From positions 666,193 to 730,192 of the forward strand of contig MNCI01000003.1 of the NCBI GenBank assembly GCA_015680685.1: DNA of 64,000 nt, read 5' to 3'. Position 1 is the stretch's first letter; every line of letters starts with the position of its first letter. Both the position numbers and the translations under genes were made by a program. The DNA is from Gnetum montanum (lineage: Eukaryota; Plantae; Gnetophyta). Shown one piece after another: positions 14,901-28,699 of this stretch. Below the pieces are notes generated by a model. It saw only the letters and a program-made list of their open reading frames with translations. It was not told the origin of the DNA and ran no database searches.

Positions 14901-15923
14901 AGCACTAATAATGATCTCATCTAAGTACACCAAGATAATAAAATCCTAACCAAGGAGAATTAATGATTACTTCAAATAGAAAAGAAAAAGACAAAATGAA
15001 GAAATGCCTTAATCAATAGCAAGAAAACTTGTTAGAGTGAATTAAGATATCAAAAGATTAGCAATGAAAAATAGAAAGCTCTTAATAAAGGAGATACATG
15101 CCATTTACCAAAAGGCAACCATTGAGATTGCCACCCAGTAGAATGAGATCCTTAAGTATGAAAAAATGAAAAATTGTATAGGGACTAGGTGGGCATGCTT
15201 AAGAATGTCAATGAGAAAGAAATTTTTCAAACAAAGGCAAAGATGAAAAATTCCTTCCAACAACTCTAACAATGTGATGATGCATGGTAACCCATCTTTG
15301 ATGGGCTGAATCTATAGAATCAAGTAGAAGTTTGCATAAATGAGCTCCAAATTAAGGAGCTAATAGAGTATAAGGAGCTAGCCACCCTTCAATATGCAAA
15401 CCTAGCTATGTTGACTACTAGATGATCAAGGTTAAAACTAGAGAAGTAGATAGCTAGCTCATAGTTCCTATATGAGGCAAACTTCAAGCTCCAAAAGGAG
15501 ATCAAGTACAAGCTCAAAGTGGCTAATGTAGAGCTTGAGATTCTTAAGGAAAAATATGAAGATCAATAAGCTATCACAATGAACCTACCAAAAAGAATGA
15601 CCAAAAACTAGCAACTGTGAAATACTATGTGAGCATTCAACATCGAACACAAGTAATTTACAACCTAGTTTATTAAGGCCAAAGAGTTATTTCTTATTTT
15701 TTCTTACCCATGAGATGTATCTACATAATTAAATCTAGGAAATTTTTCCTCAATCATCAATGACCCTAGGAGCAAGAAAGAGAAGATAAATATATTGTTA
15801 GATATCTTTCAATTATCAGAAGTCGTAGCAACAACAATAGGGTAGTTGAGACTACCAATAGAACCAAGGTAAGAGGAGAAACTACAAGAGCTAGAGGAAC
15901 CACCACCTACTGGCACTATTTAA
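11992..15923 (+). pseudogene. Extra (env-position) ORF of element A, interrupted by a 1.2-kb insertion
   Basis: Starts ATG GCT CCA AAG (MAPK), contains a FPCLIKKICK motif ~13970, ends EEPPPTGTI*; homologous to the copies at 19749 and 43728. Confidence 0.75.
12328..13531 (+). mobile_element. Probable solo LTR of another family inserted in the extra ORF; carries a 22-bp palindrome array
   Basis: Host ORF homology stops ~12320 and resumes ~13532. Termini catcaaatttgggcca / tggccaacccgaca are inverted allowing transitions. CCTATAAATA at ~13342. TSD not convincing. Confidence 0.55.
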
Positions 15924-16164
15924 AGAATTTACTTTGAATAATTTTTGTACATAACAACTAATCCAATTTTTGTCCAATTTTTATAAAGTATCCAACATTG
16001 TTAAGTCTAATTATAGGCACTCAAAAAAAAATTTTGTAATATTGCACTCATGTCTTTGATAGTCATTTAGTTAATGCATCAATTTCATACTTTTTCAATT
16101 TTGTAATCAAAACAATCCTATTTTTATTTACTCAAGGATGAATTTTTAGTTAGTCGTGGGGGTA

Positions 16165-17019
16165 TGATGAAGTGTAAATAAGTTTCTTGCATCATCACAT
16201 ATTAATGCAGCCTCATCAACATGTATGCATCAATGCATCCTATGATGATTAATGCATATGCAGTAATACTATCCTATTATTTGCCTATATAAATGTGTGC
16301 ACCTACCATATTTATGGAACTTTTTAATCATTCTAGTAGGTATACTCTTGTAGTTTTCTTCTATTAAGGTTAAAATATTTTTTCTTCTCAGTGCCTATAG
16401 CATGGATTAAGTAAGTTGTATAAAGTTTCATTCGAATACATTATATACATGGACACATGTGAATGATGGTAATAAAATCAAGATTTTTTTCCTTCATTGC
16501 AACACTTGGACTAGTTTCTTATACTTTACTTTTAATGTTTATTCACTTTCCCATGTTATTAGTTAAGTATTTTATTATTCCATACTTACATATATGTGCA
16601 TATCCATGATTGCTACAAGCATAACATACTAGCATTTGTCAATCCCAATGATGAATACTTGGTACACCTAACAATGAACACTTAGTAATCCAAGAATGTT
16701 AGTACATGTTCAAAATACATACAGAAACTAGGAACTGATACTCTATGTTTATGCTAGTTTAGATTATCTCTCTACACTTACATCAATTCATTTAATATTT
16801 TAAATATTTTAATAACAATAACAATTATCATGTGCCTCAATCAAACTTAATCATGCTAAGTGAACCAACACAAGTATGATTAGGAATACAATGATAAGTA
16901 TTCTATTGGTTACTTCTATAAAGCATCCATCTAGTCCTAAGTCCATAGAATTTGAATAGATTATGTGTGAATGCTTATGATTCATATGATTGGGTATAGG
17001 GCTACTTTTCCACTCATCA
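16165..17019 (+). repeat. 3' LTR of element A
   Basis: Begins TGATG after the PPT, ends cactcatCA; TATA cctatataaa ~16285. Confidence 0.9.
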
Positions 17020-17686
17020 AACATTAATCTTAAGCTTTCATTTGTAAACCCATTAATCACAAGTAATTATAAAGTTAAAATCAATTTTTTCTATATCTAA
17101 GTGCTCTACTTACATAGCAAGATAACTTTTTAGATCTTGCATATCATTTAAGACAATTTTCACACCAACTTATAGTTGTACTCTATTATTTAATTGTAAT
17201 AGTATATATGTAGAAGTAAAATTGATAGATATAAGGATATAGGAATAACTAGCTAATATGCTTCTAACCTTAATACTAAAATTTATATTAAAAATTAAAT
17301 AAAATAGTTATATGATTGCTTTTAATGATAATTATGTAAATTTATAAGATATTTAAAGAAATTTTTTAATTACTCTAACGTAAATGTTTCTAATTTAAAA
17401 ACTTAGCAATTAAGTCTAGCATATAAATCTCTTATTGATAGTCATTCATACTAGTATAGAAAATGATAGATTTTCAAAATTAAGCTATAAAAATAATTAT
17501 TTTGGTTAAATGAAGAGTGCATTGACTTAAAAATATCATTATTAAGTATATATTTGATTATGTTATCTCACATTATTTATTAATAAGCAAACTAAAAAAA
17601 TTTATTTCACCATAGTGTTAAGAGAGTATTTTTAATTAAAATAATTTTCTAATCAAGTAGAATAGAATAGGGTCAATGATAAATAC

Positions 17687-17762
17687 CTTTGTTTTAAAGC
17701 TTTTGGTTGAGTTTGTACTATTTTCTTCAAACTTTTGATACCTCTCAATAGTTTTTCTCATG
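17687..17762 (-). CDS. MIKC MADS-box gene, coding exon 2 (I domain): (S)MRKTIERYQKFEENSTNSTKSFKTK
   Basis: Acceptor aatttacag|C ATG AGA AAA ACT ATT GAG AGG TAT CAA AAG, donor AAG|gtattt. 76 nt; its first base completes the phase-2 Ser codon from exon 1; 'M.KT.ERY.K' is the canonical I-domain start. Confidence 0.92.
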
Positions 17763-18419
17763 CTGTAAATTAATTGTGAATGGAGAAATATTAAGAACAA
17801 ATTTTAATATAGAACTTAATGGAATTAATTTGATGTTACAACAAAAATCTATCATTATTTGATTTTCTAAAGAATACAATTTGTAAAAATATCATTATTA
17901 TACTACAAATTTAGTAAATTACGAAAATAATATTCTCATAAATAACAAAATGCATAAAGTAAAATCCAAGCTCCAATTATATATTTATTATATTTGTTCT
18001 TTCTAAGATCATAGATAAAGTTGTAACATATGTTATTTATTATTTCAGTTGAATTTTATTTACATGATAAATAAACCTCATAACCAAAATCTATTTGAAT
18101 AATAGTGTAAAAAATTCAAAAATATACAATAATTTCTTATGATATTCAACTTAGATATCCAATGTCTAGAATTTCGTAATTTTGTAAATGCATTAAGTTA
18201 TGAATAAATACATTATGCTAAATTATTGTATTAAAGCAACTTTGTATGGTTGTTTCTCTTTTTATGATAAGCTTCATAGCATGTTTAATTCACCCAAAAG
18301 TTAGACATTATAGATTTCTAGCATTAATACTTTTTATTATTGTTGTGTCCTAAAGCTATATGTATAGGTTCAACTACTATGTCATTAATGAAATGGATGA
18401 TGATTATGAGATAAATACT

Positions 18420-21400
18420 TATTTCAAAGGCTCCTCCCTTGGACAAAACGTCGAGTGATGTTACTCCTTACAATTATGGTTGTTGAACAAAGTCATGAAA
18501 CAATGCGATGTCACTGAATGTGGTTTGGATTTGGTTTGAATCTTGGAAAGAAGGGCTAATGATTACTTAACAATTAATAATACATAAGGATTCATTGTGC
18601 CTATGGTAAGACACCTCATGTCCCACTTTCTGCAACCCTTTCCACTGTCCATCTCATCTCGTTGTCCATATGACTCTACCTTGTGGTTTTGTGTAACATA
18701 AAGTTCTTCCCTCAAATTGGTGGTTTTAACATGTGTGTTTTGTTTCACAGGTATGCATAGCATTCAACCCCTTTAGTGCCTATGAACATCTTTAGGTATG
18801 GCTATGTAAGGGCATTATAGGTTGGAGCCTGCTTTGGGGAGGACCCACTTGTGTAACTATTGTAACTTGTACTTGTGTGCATAACCACATCATTCTTCAC
18901 CTTCCAAGTGCTTCATTGTTAAATTTCATGCCTTCCTTTATCATGTAGATTGATCTATTTCACATCATTGGTATTATACCCCTTTTCTTGCATCTTCCTA
19001 AGCTTTTAATGTTGATAACTCCATCTTCTAACACTTTTGGTGCCTCCAACTAATTTTCTACTTACCCCAAAACTCTGGACCTATCCTTAAATCTTCCAAC
19101 CAATCATAGAGACTTGTTTTTCATGCTCAGTTACCTCATTTAATGCATATTCATGGACCTCAATATCAACTACCTGATATTGGGTTGGCCTCAATGTCGA
19201 ATACCTGATATCGAGTACCCAATATTAGGTCTCACAAAACCTATATATATGATCCCCATTGTGCCTAAAAATCCATTCTCCTCATTTCCAACTAGGGAAG
19301 TTTTTCAAATTTTCTCTTGTGACTCAGAGCTCTACACAACCAACTTCTACATACTGTTTGAACCTATTTGAACCCAGAGTGTTCAAGTTAGTCATGAAAG
19401 GTGCTTATATGGGAAACTTGCCCTGATTTGTCAAAAATTGTTATCACCTGGAAGATATTATAAGGGTAAGAGTGTTAAAAACTTTAAACATTATGATGAA
19501 AAATCATTTGTGTTAATGCCAAAAATCTTAATCTCTTTGCCCAAGGGACCATAACCTACACAATAAACAAGATAAACAAGGGTCATAAACAAGATAAACA
19601 CTTTTTGGGCATTTTTTCTACAAATTTTTCTAACTTTGTGATCATATGAACTAAATAATCTAATGGACCTAAGTTCATGACTAAGTTATACATTTATTAA
19701 CAATAAATAATATCACCTTAGTAATATCTAATCTTTGATTGATTACAGATAATCCCAAATAGAGGAGCACAAGGAGAACCTTCGCAGTGAGTAGCCAAAT
19801 GCCTAAGGGGTGGTAGGGGCCAAAAAGGCAAGCCTATGGAGCACAAGGAGCAAGAAGCCTAGTCCTTCAGCATCCATCAAGAGGCTTCTGATACTAGGTA
19901 GTTAATCCAAGGAGAGGCTATAGAACCACAAGCCTCCATGCAAAGACAATGACTCACATTATCCCTAGAATGCCTTGAGATCATTCAAGAAAAATCCATG
20001 TTGACCACAGTCATCATGGGGATGAACTTTGGCCAGTTTATGGTGTTTGCTCTAGAGATGATTTAGATGCAACTTGAGGCATTACCTTTGTGACCCATTC
20101 TTTCAGATAGTGGTGAGCAGTATCTTGGTGAAACATATCAATTCTGGCACAACAAAGATGAAGGAACCACTATCAACATCTATGGAGTTAATGTTTCATC
20201 CTCTATCAAAGCCATTGCTGAAGCTCTTAATCTACCAAATGAGGGGGCTAAGTTAGCCCATCTATCCACAAGATCTAACCCTAACACTCAAAAGTTGTTG
20301 CTAAGGCAAGCATACAGCAAGGATGACAAAGCATATCATGAATTAACTTTGGATGAGAGGACCTATATTAAAATACGGACATATCGCCTCTTCCCCAAAA
20401 AATGGCTTAATAGCATCTCTACATATGCAACTAGGGAAAGTGCCATAATAATGGGTAAATACATGGTCAGCCTTCCCCAGTTATACTGCATAGAAATTTA
20501 GAGGCAATTTGAAGAGAAGAAGGCAGGGAAGCCAATACTTCCATTCCCTTGCCTAATCCAAAAGCTATGTAAGCATGCTAGAATCTTGGGGTACACTAAT
20601 AACATTCCCAAAAAGGCTCAAAATGCTTCCTTCCCTGAATTGCTTAAACTAGTAGCACCAAGGAAATACCTTGATGAGGAGAAAGAACCAAAGAAGGAAG
20701 TAGAACTTGAGAAAGAAGAAAAATAAGAGCCTAAACAACATTGTGAGCCACAAGTTCCACCTCTGTTGCCACAAGATTATAGGTCGATAATGAGCCATTT
20801 GTAGAAAATTGCTGAAACACTTAGTTGAGGAAGTAGAGAGGAATCTAGCCTCTTCAAAGTCATCAATGATGCCATGTAGCCCACTGTGTTGGCAAATCCA
20901 ACAAGGGGGTAGATTTTGTTGCAATTAGAAGGAGAATCCCAATGGTCGCATCAAATCTCTGGTAACATCGCATCTTTTTAGGTGATGCATAAGATAAGAA
21001 AACATGCCACAGTAGTGATCATGTAGCATCAAGATGTAGCAGGCGCAGCAAAGGTGATAATAGATCACATTAAAGAGTCTTTCAATGTGTCTATTATGCC
21101 TCCAGTTGATTTTCCTAGGGCCAAATATGCACAAATGCTTGCAAGAACTTCAATGAATCTTGTGGACCATGAAGATGTGTTAGATCAATTGCTACAAATG
21201 GGACAAGTAATGGCCACTCTATTAGACATCCCCAGCAATGTCACTATAGCACAATCAGACCTCATCACCACCAAAGGGAAGCTGCTCATGGCTAAGATCA
21301 GGGTAGAACATGTAGAAGAAAAAGTGCAACATTTACAACAAGAGTTGGCTACCCTGAGAGCTGAAAGATGGGATTCTACCTAGTTTGTTATGCTTGACTA

Positions 21401-23504
21401 GCTGGACTTATTTAGAGCAAAGAAACTAAACAAGTTGATCGAAGAGAAAAAAGTTGCCAAGCAAGAAAAGAAGAAGGTATTTTGGAATGCCTCTATTGCT
21501 GATGCACAATCCCATGCCTACAAGAAGGCATTGATCACCACTCAGGAGGAAAATAAACAACTCGCTGTAAAGACCTCCAGGTTGACCACCATTGAAAAAC
21601 AAAAGAATATTTTGGAAGAAAGTGTCCATTAGTTAAGAGAACAACTAATGAGGGTCAACCAAAATATCAACAAATTGACCAAGGAAAATAGAACCCTCTC
21701 GATGGAGGAGGTCCACACCATTTAACAGAAGTTCACAATCAAAATAAGTGCATAGCAGAAGGAGGCCAAAAAGCATGAGAAGTTGAAAGAACACTTCTAG
21801 GACTACGTGGACATGTACAAGTAGATAAATGAAAAAGAAATCTAGATGGTCAAAGCCTGAATTTGGTCCACGTCTACACAAAATCCTGATTGGTAACTAA
21901 TTCTAGACAATTATGCACTAGTCCATTAGGTAGAAGTAAAAAATAAAGACCTACAAATCAAGGATTTGAAAGAATACATGGCATTGGCTAACCTCTAATA
22001 CGCCAACCTTGCCATGTTAATAGTAGGTTGGCCTATAAGTGAGCTGGAGAAACAAGTAGTGACCACTTATGCATTATACAAGAAAGAGTTTGTAGATAGA
22101 AAAGCCACTTTGCAGAAACTCCATGTAGCAAACTTAGAACTTGAGGTGGTCAAAGCTTGCTACCATGGATAAAAGGATGTTACCTTAGGCCTAGCCTAGA
22201 GATTAATAGATCATCATGAGTTAAAAGAAAAGGCTAGGACCTTTGAGGAGGAACAACAGTAGTTTGCGGCCTGGTACGTGAAGGTCAAAAAGATGTTCCC
22301 ATAGTTGCCCTGTCCTTAGGACTTACTAGCACTAGCACACATCAGTTCAACAACCTGTACAGTACATGATCCAAGGACAAAAGAAGAAAAATTATAGGAA
22401 CTCCTCAACCATTACAAATTTTAGAAGCCTTGCAACAAAGGAAAGTAATTGATGGAGGAGCCACCGCCTCTAGAAACTACATGAGCTTTCCATTTTTGTT
22501 TCTTGTAATGTTATGTCCAAATTTTTGTAAAACACCACTGCTACATGTAGAAGTCCATCTATTTGTTTAATCCCAATATTTTGTAAAGAACTTGTTCCTC
22601 AGTTTGTTTAACTCAAGGATGAATTTCATTCAATCATGGGAGTATGATTAGTCATGATTTGGTCTTCTCTAATATTGAATATCTAATATGATATTGGATA
22701 TGTGATATCGAGTCCCAGGAAATGATGTTAGATATCCAATATCATCTCCTTCATGCTAGCCTATAAATACAACACTTGGGTGCATAGTTGGGACATAGTT
22801 ATGTGATTTATTTTTTATAGCTTTTCTTAGATTTCTGATTTTAAGTTCCATTATTCCTAGTGCATGCTTACAATGTGATGTTTGGGATTGTACGACACCC
22901 TTATTTGAGTGTGATGTACTTGGACACGTTACATGATTGAAAATAAAGATCGAGATTACCTCCATTATTTTAGCATCCACTTAGGTTTATTATTGATTTA
23001 ATTATTTACTGTTTTCTTTAGTTAATGTTTTCATTTATCGCTATTTACTATTCCTGTCATTAAGCAAAATGAGTATGACTTAATCACGAGCACTTAAGTG
23101 TAATTACTTGGTAACCGAGCAATGTATTGTTTGGCAAACCTAGTGATGTACGCTCAACAATCCCAGCAGTAGTTATATGAAGTTCAAGGCATGTACGGAT
23201 GATTGGGAATGAATACTCATTGCACATAGGCTAGTTTAAATCCTATTTTCCATTGTTCGTTAGCTTAATTAATTAATCTCTTTATCATCATTAGGAGTAG
23301 CATAGGGTTAGAAGACATCACCATTGCCTCACTTTAGACTAAACCATATGTGACAAAGCTACCACTAGTCTGAGTGGAAAGATAGCGAACTACGATCAAA
23401 GCATAGCAATTTAGATGCACAACTAGTCCCATCCACAAAATTCGATCGAATCATGCATGAATGCTTGTGATTCATATGGTTGGGTGTAGAGGTACCTTGT
23501 CGCT
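18420..23504 (+). mobile_element. Athila-like element B: 3' half only (spacer, extra ORF, PPT, 3' LTR), in MADS intron 1
   Basis: 18420-19000 matches the spacer of element C (51727 onward); extra ORF; PPT atcatgggagta; LTR 22645 to ~23504 lacking the terminal catca. Confidence 0.85.
19749..22484 (+). pseudogene. Extra ORF of element B (~910 codons, disrupted)
   Basis: Degenerate MAPKR start (ata atc cca aat aga), ILPFPCLIQKLCKHARI at ~20535, coiled-coil-like ORF fragments 21054-21632, ends MEEPPPLETT*. Confidence 0.8.
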
Positions 23505-23519
23505 ATTCGAACTATCTTA

Positions 23520-25030
23520 ACCATTGTTGTCCATTATAAATAAAAAATTCAGCAACTTGATATAAATTCAATGTTTTAAAATAGTGTCTTGAATTAGAAA
23601 TTTTATGTATAGCAACCAAAAAGTTACAAAATTTGAGGATAAAAAGTAAAAATGTACTAACTAAAGAAAGTACTTTATGACCTAAAGCAAGCTCCAAGGG
23701 ATTGGTACAAGAGGATTGATGAACATTTCAATAAAAATAGATTTTCTAAAAGTGCAAGTAAGGCAACTTTATATGTCAAAACCAAATGTACTAATGAAAT
23801 TCTTATTATATGCCTTTATGTGGACAACTTGATTTATGCTAGTAATAGTATCATCTTACTAAACGAATTTAAAAGTCTCATAAGTGAGTTTAAAAATGAA
23901 TAATTTGGGCTTGATGAGTTATTTTATTAAGTTGGAAGTAAAGTAATCTAGTGAAGGAATTTTTATTTCTCAAGAAAATTATGTTAATGATCTTCTTAAT
24001 AGATTCAAGATGAAAGATTACAATCCTATGAAAAAATGTATTTGCACTAATCAAAAATTTAGTTTGGATGATGTGGAAAAAAGGTTAATCCTAATGTCTA
24101 CTAAATCCTAATTAAAATTTTACTTTATCTTATAAATAGTCAATCAGATATTTTGTAAGTAACTAACCTTCTCTCATGGTTTATGCAAAATCTTACCAAG
24201 CATCATATGGGAGTTTCTAAAAGAGTGCTAACATATTTAAAGGGAACAAGTTCATTTGGCTTTTGGTATACACACACTAAGAATTTTAAGTTGTATGGCC
24301 TTTTTAATAGTGATTGGGTAGGTTCCATTAATGATTACAAGAGCACTTCTATTTATGTTTTTTCTATGGGTCGAGGAGATATTTTTTAATCTCAAAGAAG
24401 TAACCATCTATTATATTATTATCTTTAGAGGATGAATACATGACTCATATAGTAAGAACCTATCAAGTATTTGGGTTACAAATAATTTTAAAAGATAAGA
24501 TGCAACATCAGAAAGAGGTAACAATTATTTATCGTGACAATCAATCACAATTGCAATGAAAAAAAATACAATGTACCATAGCTAAACAAGATACATAAAA
24601 ACAATGCATTATTTTATAAGGGATTTGATTGCAAAAGGAAGCATTATGATAGACTACTACAACACAAATGATCAAGTAGTAGATTTGTTTACAAAACTTC
24701 TTCCAGTTGAGAAATTTATGTATTTAAGAGAGTTATTGGGTATTATAACTTTTTATATTAAGGGGGAGTGTTAAAAATTAATGTAGAAATATTCTTAAAA
24801 ATTCATAGATCCAAATCTTTAACATTCTTTGTCTTTCTAGAATGGGAAGCTATTTATTTTCATAGGCAACCCCACAATCCCTAGAAAATTGTGGTGAAAC
24901 ATTGTATATGTGTTTGGAAACTTTTTGGCATTGTGCCTTTGGTTTAAATAATAAAAAAATGAATTTTTGTAGTTTTTGTTCTATTTTTGATAAAAGTAAT
25001 TATGTATTTTGATTTTGATTCTCTATTTAA
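23520..25030 (+). mobile_element. Ty1/copia 3' fragment (RT-RNaseH, PPT, start of 3' LTR)
   Basis: LKKVLYDLKQAPRDWY, ICLYVDNL, SDWVGSINDYKSTS, DQVVDLFTKLL; PPT aagggggag then TG at 24769; right end approximate. Confidence 0.9.
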
Positions 25031-26059
25031 TAAATATAAGGAAGAGGATCAAGCTTTGGTGGCTTGGATGATTCTTATTTAGAGCAAAATAAGGTATGTA
25101 TAACTTTGACAAGTGGGTTGATTTCTTTCCTAAAGTTAATGACATGTGTAACATAATTAATATAAGGAGGGTGTTAGAACTTAAAACAATTTGACTATAG
25201 ATACATTTAAGACATATGGCCAACATGATACTTTGGAATAAATTAAGAAGAAATTTATATCTTTTTTAGCAGAAGCAACATCAATTAGAATATTTATTAA
25301 TAGTAGCTTTAGAATTATGAATTAAATGGACTTTTAATGGACAAATAATAGTTATTATAGTATAGAATATGGAGTAGCAACACATGAATTGGGTTTGTGC
25401 TTAGAAAATTCATGGTCATTTAATTAAGAGAGCTAACTTTTCATGCATTATTTTCTTATAAGGGTTCTTTTGACAAAAAGCAAGGTGTGATCTTTTCCTA
25501 ACCAGAAAGAGTTTTTCAAATTAGTTGAAAGAATGAAAACTTGAATATGTATTCCAAATTCATTGTACCTTTCTCATTACATTATTTTGAAGTATACTTG
25601 AAATTTTTTATGGAGGCTTTTGTTGGAACCTAGTCACTATAGAACCAAGGGATTCTAATTACTTAGGAAAAAAATATAATGATGTTAGATTAGCATACCA
25701 TTTGGAATTGAACTTAGAAATTACAATTATAAGCCACATTCTTTACCTAAGTAAGTAAGCATCACTAATTAACATATTTAATATCACTCTTGAGTATGAT
25801 ATATAACTAATCATATGTTGAGTTTATGATCATGATATATGTGTGTTCACACTACAATTAAGCCTAATCTACTTTAATGAAAAGTTTTCTTATGTTCTCA
25901 CATGATTACTTAATTAGATTTATTACATTATTAATGTTATCATCGTATTTCTAATATTACACCAAGGTAGACATTCATTTTTGTTATGCATGGATGCACT
26001 AATTGGTTATCCTAGGTGTATTCCACTTTAAGCCGATCCTTGGAAAATCAAGGACTCTT

Positions 26060-27050
26060 AGGTGATACCAAGTAGTATGTAAGGCCATGTCATTACATCG
26101 AGAAACATTAGAATTGCTAGTGTTAAGGATAACACTATCACAAATAAAAGTAATTATTATGTTTGAAGGACGAAAGTTGACATTACAAGGATTTAACAAG
26201 AAGGTTAATAAGTCTATCAATAATATGAGAAGCCTTTTGAAGGTAGTACCCAAACATATGAAAAATTCAATATCATATTTAGAGAATGAGGCCAACATTG
26301 AGTTTTAAGATGCATCATTACATGAAATAACCAAACAAACATACATTTTCAAAACTTCTTGGATAGAAATCTCTACATTCAATGAGAAAGATAAGCCTTA
26401 ATTCTTTAAGAAATGATTAAGTTTGCTCCTAAAATTATTTTAGGTTGAAAGAACTTCAAACTTTATGAAGGTTTTCATAGGTAAAAGTAAGTTTATAGAT
26501 TTTGGTCAAACATAGTGGAAATGACATCAAGTAATAATAAGATGCTACACCATAGTTAATTGAGAAGATAGAATATTATCAAAAACATATTGAAAGAGAG
26601 ATCTTTTTTAAGTTGGATTTTAAAGAAGGAATTGTTAAGAAAATGCAACTTCTAAAATGAGATGAGGGGTATGCACATGAATATTATGTTAAGTTTATAA
26701 GAAAAATGAAAGACATAGAGGTATCATGGCCATCTTGAAAAATTGTTTTATTGTAGGACTTAGATGTAGCAAGAGTTAACATTTATAAGGTCTAGAAACT
26801 TAGATGATATCTATGACTTGACCTTAAGGACTAAAAGCAAGGTGGAGCCAACAAGGAATAGAGGCTAGAAGGTTTTGAATGACAAAAAGAATAGTTATGT
26901 TTCATGAAATAGAGTTAGAGAGGATGAGAAATAATAGGTGGAGAATTTTGCCATAATAAATGGGATTATCTTAAGATAAGAATAGAAAGAAGCAAGAAAT
27001 TAAATCTTTGTAAAAATTAATATTCTTTGAAAAATGTAATATAAATGGCT
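26060..27050 (+). pseudogene. Highly degenerate Ty3/gypsy gag relic (non-Athila)
   Basis: FNEKDKP..., MQLLK*DEGYAHEYYVKF and CFIVGLR resemble retrotransposon gag capsid motifs. Confidence 0.45.
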
Positions 27051-27052
27051 TG

Positions 27053-27476
27053 AACAATGTTGATTCAAAAAGAATGAAGATATAGAGGATGTGAAGGAAA
27101 AATAAATATTAAAGAATGGTCTAACTCATACTAATTATTCTCAAGAGACAAGTCTATCCTATCCATTAAAGGATGGAAGGATGCCTAGGTGGTGTGCATA
27201 TGTGTAGGTGGTGGGAAGGGTAGTGTGAATTTCTTTTTAACAATATTTCCCCCTAAGAGATATAGAACAATGTTGATCCAACAAGAATGAAGATATAGAG
27301 GATGTGAAGGAAAAATAAACATTAAAGAATGGTCTAACTCATACTAATTATTCTCAAGAGACAAGGTTATCCTATTTATTAAAGGATAGAAGGATGTCTA
27401 AGTGGTGTGCATATGTGCAGGTGGTAGGGAGGGCAATGCTAAAACTTGAAACAACATTTCCCCCTAAGAGATATAG
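27053..27476. repeat. Head-to-tail duplication of ~212 bp
   Basis: aacaatgttgat...ccctaagagatatag at 27053-27265 and 27266-27476, near-identical. Confidence 0.95.
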
Positions 27477-27499
27477 TCAAATTAGAACTTTATAAGTCA

Positions 27500-27572
27500 G
27501 CATTGCCCACTAAAATTTACCTATGACTTGAAGTTTCCAAATTAAAAGACTTAACACTAGTCTAACATGTTA
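27500..27572 (-). mobile_element. tRNA-like short repeat family 1 copy (degenerate)
   Basis: Reverse complement tgttagactagtgttaagtcttttaatttggaaacttcaagtcatagg matches the family consensus. Confidence 0.5.
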
Positions 27573-27744
27573 TTATTTATTATTATTTTGGAAAATTATG
27601 TACTCTATATAGTTCTTTAAGGAAAAAATTAATTGAACAATAACATATCAAAGGTATGGACAAGAGGAGTTTGTTCAATAAATTGTTAAAATAATATTAT
27701 TAGTTAGGTTTACTCAAGTCAACTTCTTTTGGTATGGTAATTAT

Positions 27745-27812
27745 GTCTAGCCAAAGAGGATCAAAGAGTTTGGTTTCATGAACATGAGGCCATGGGTTCA
27801 ATCCCAAGTCCC
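27745..27812 (+). mobile_element. tRNA-derived (SINE-like) fragment
   Basis: A-box-like tagccaaagagg and B-box ggttcaatccc at tRNA-like spacing; no complete cloverleaf. Confidence 0.4.
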
Positions 27813-28699
27813 AAAATTTTAAACTCTGTCAATGTCAATCCTAAGCCCAAATACAAAAGTAGGAGGGTTAGCATCAAGTTGGCAATCAACTATAAAACCT
27901 TGTTAAAGCTTATGGATGAGTTCTTTTTTAGATTTTGTAGATGCTAAGGCATTCCCCAAATACGATGTGTAGTAATCAAGACATAAAAAATGATCAAAGA
28001 TTATTTGAAAGCTCTTCATAGAGGCAAATGACAAAAAGGAACTCATGTAGCTAACCCCATTTTATTGAGACAAGGCTAGGATGATGACAATGAATTAGGT
28101 CTACTATTTTATATGGTATTGAATATTGGATAGTAAGCAAAATACATGAATAGTAAACTAGTGTGTTAGAAATGTATATGCTTAGATGGAAGTTAAATAT
28201 TATAAGAATAGATAAATTGCATATTACAAACATTAGATAAAGGATTGATGTGGCTTCAATTTCAAAGAAGCTATAGGAATGATCTCTTAAATAGTTTGGT
28301 TATGTTTAATGAAGATCAAATAATGAACTTATCAAAACAAGTTGTAACATCATAATCTTAGGAAAGCTATTGAAAGAAAGACCTAAAAAATATATGAGAA
28401 AAAACCTATTAAAGATGGTATAAATAATTCATATTAAGGGATAAGCTCATAATTTGGAGCAATGAATAGGTGGAATTTGAAGAAGAAGGAAGGTGTTTTG
28501 GATGTGACTACCAAGGAAAGACTAGTTGAGAGGAGGATAGGATTTAGGATTTGCAAAGGTTCAAGCACACTCCTTGGGAACTTTCTTTGGGATCCACTAC
28601 TGTGTAACAACCTACTGGGTATAAGGTCCCTTGGAATGAATACAGAAATTAGGAGAAACACAATCTTTGTCATGGTACAAGATGACATATGTTACCAAG

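Larger units (their letters stand above)
5518..17019 (+). mobile_element. Athila-like Ty3/gypsy element A (old; 5' LTR truncated; integrase region deleted), in MADS intron 2, antisense to the gene
   Basis: 5' LTR remnant 5518-6076 matches the 3' LTR from ~16462; degenerate tRNA-Asp PBS; gag-PR-RT-RH relic; extra ORF; PPT gtcgtgggggta before a TG..CA LTR at 16165-17019. Confidence 0.9.

Noticed and set aside
17095-17160. Candidate MADS exon 3 near a GTAAGT donor on the minus strand (~17107-17112)
   Set aside because: No good acceptor and no K-box-like translation
27745-27812. Functional tRNA gene
   Set aside because: A/B-box-like motifs are present but acceptor and anticodon stems do not pair; treated as a SINE-like relic
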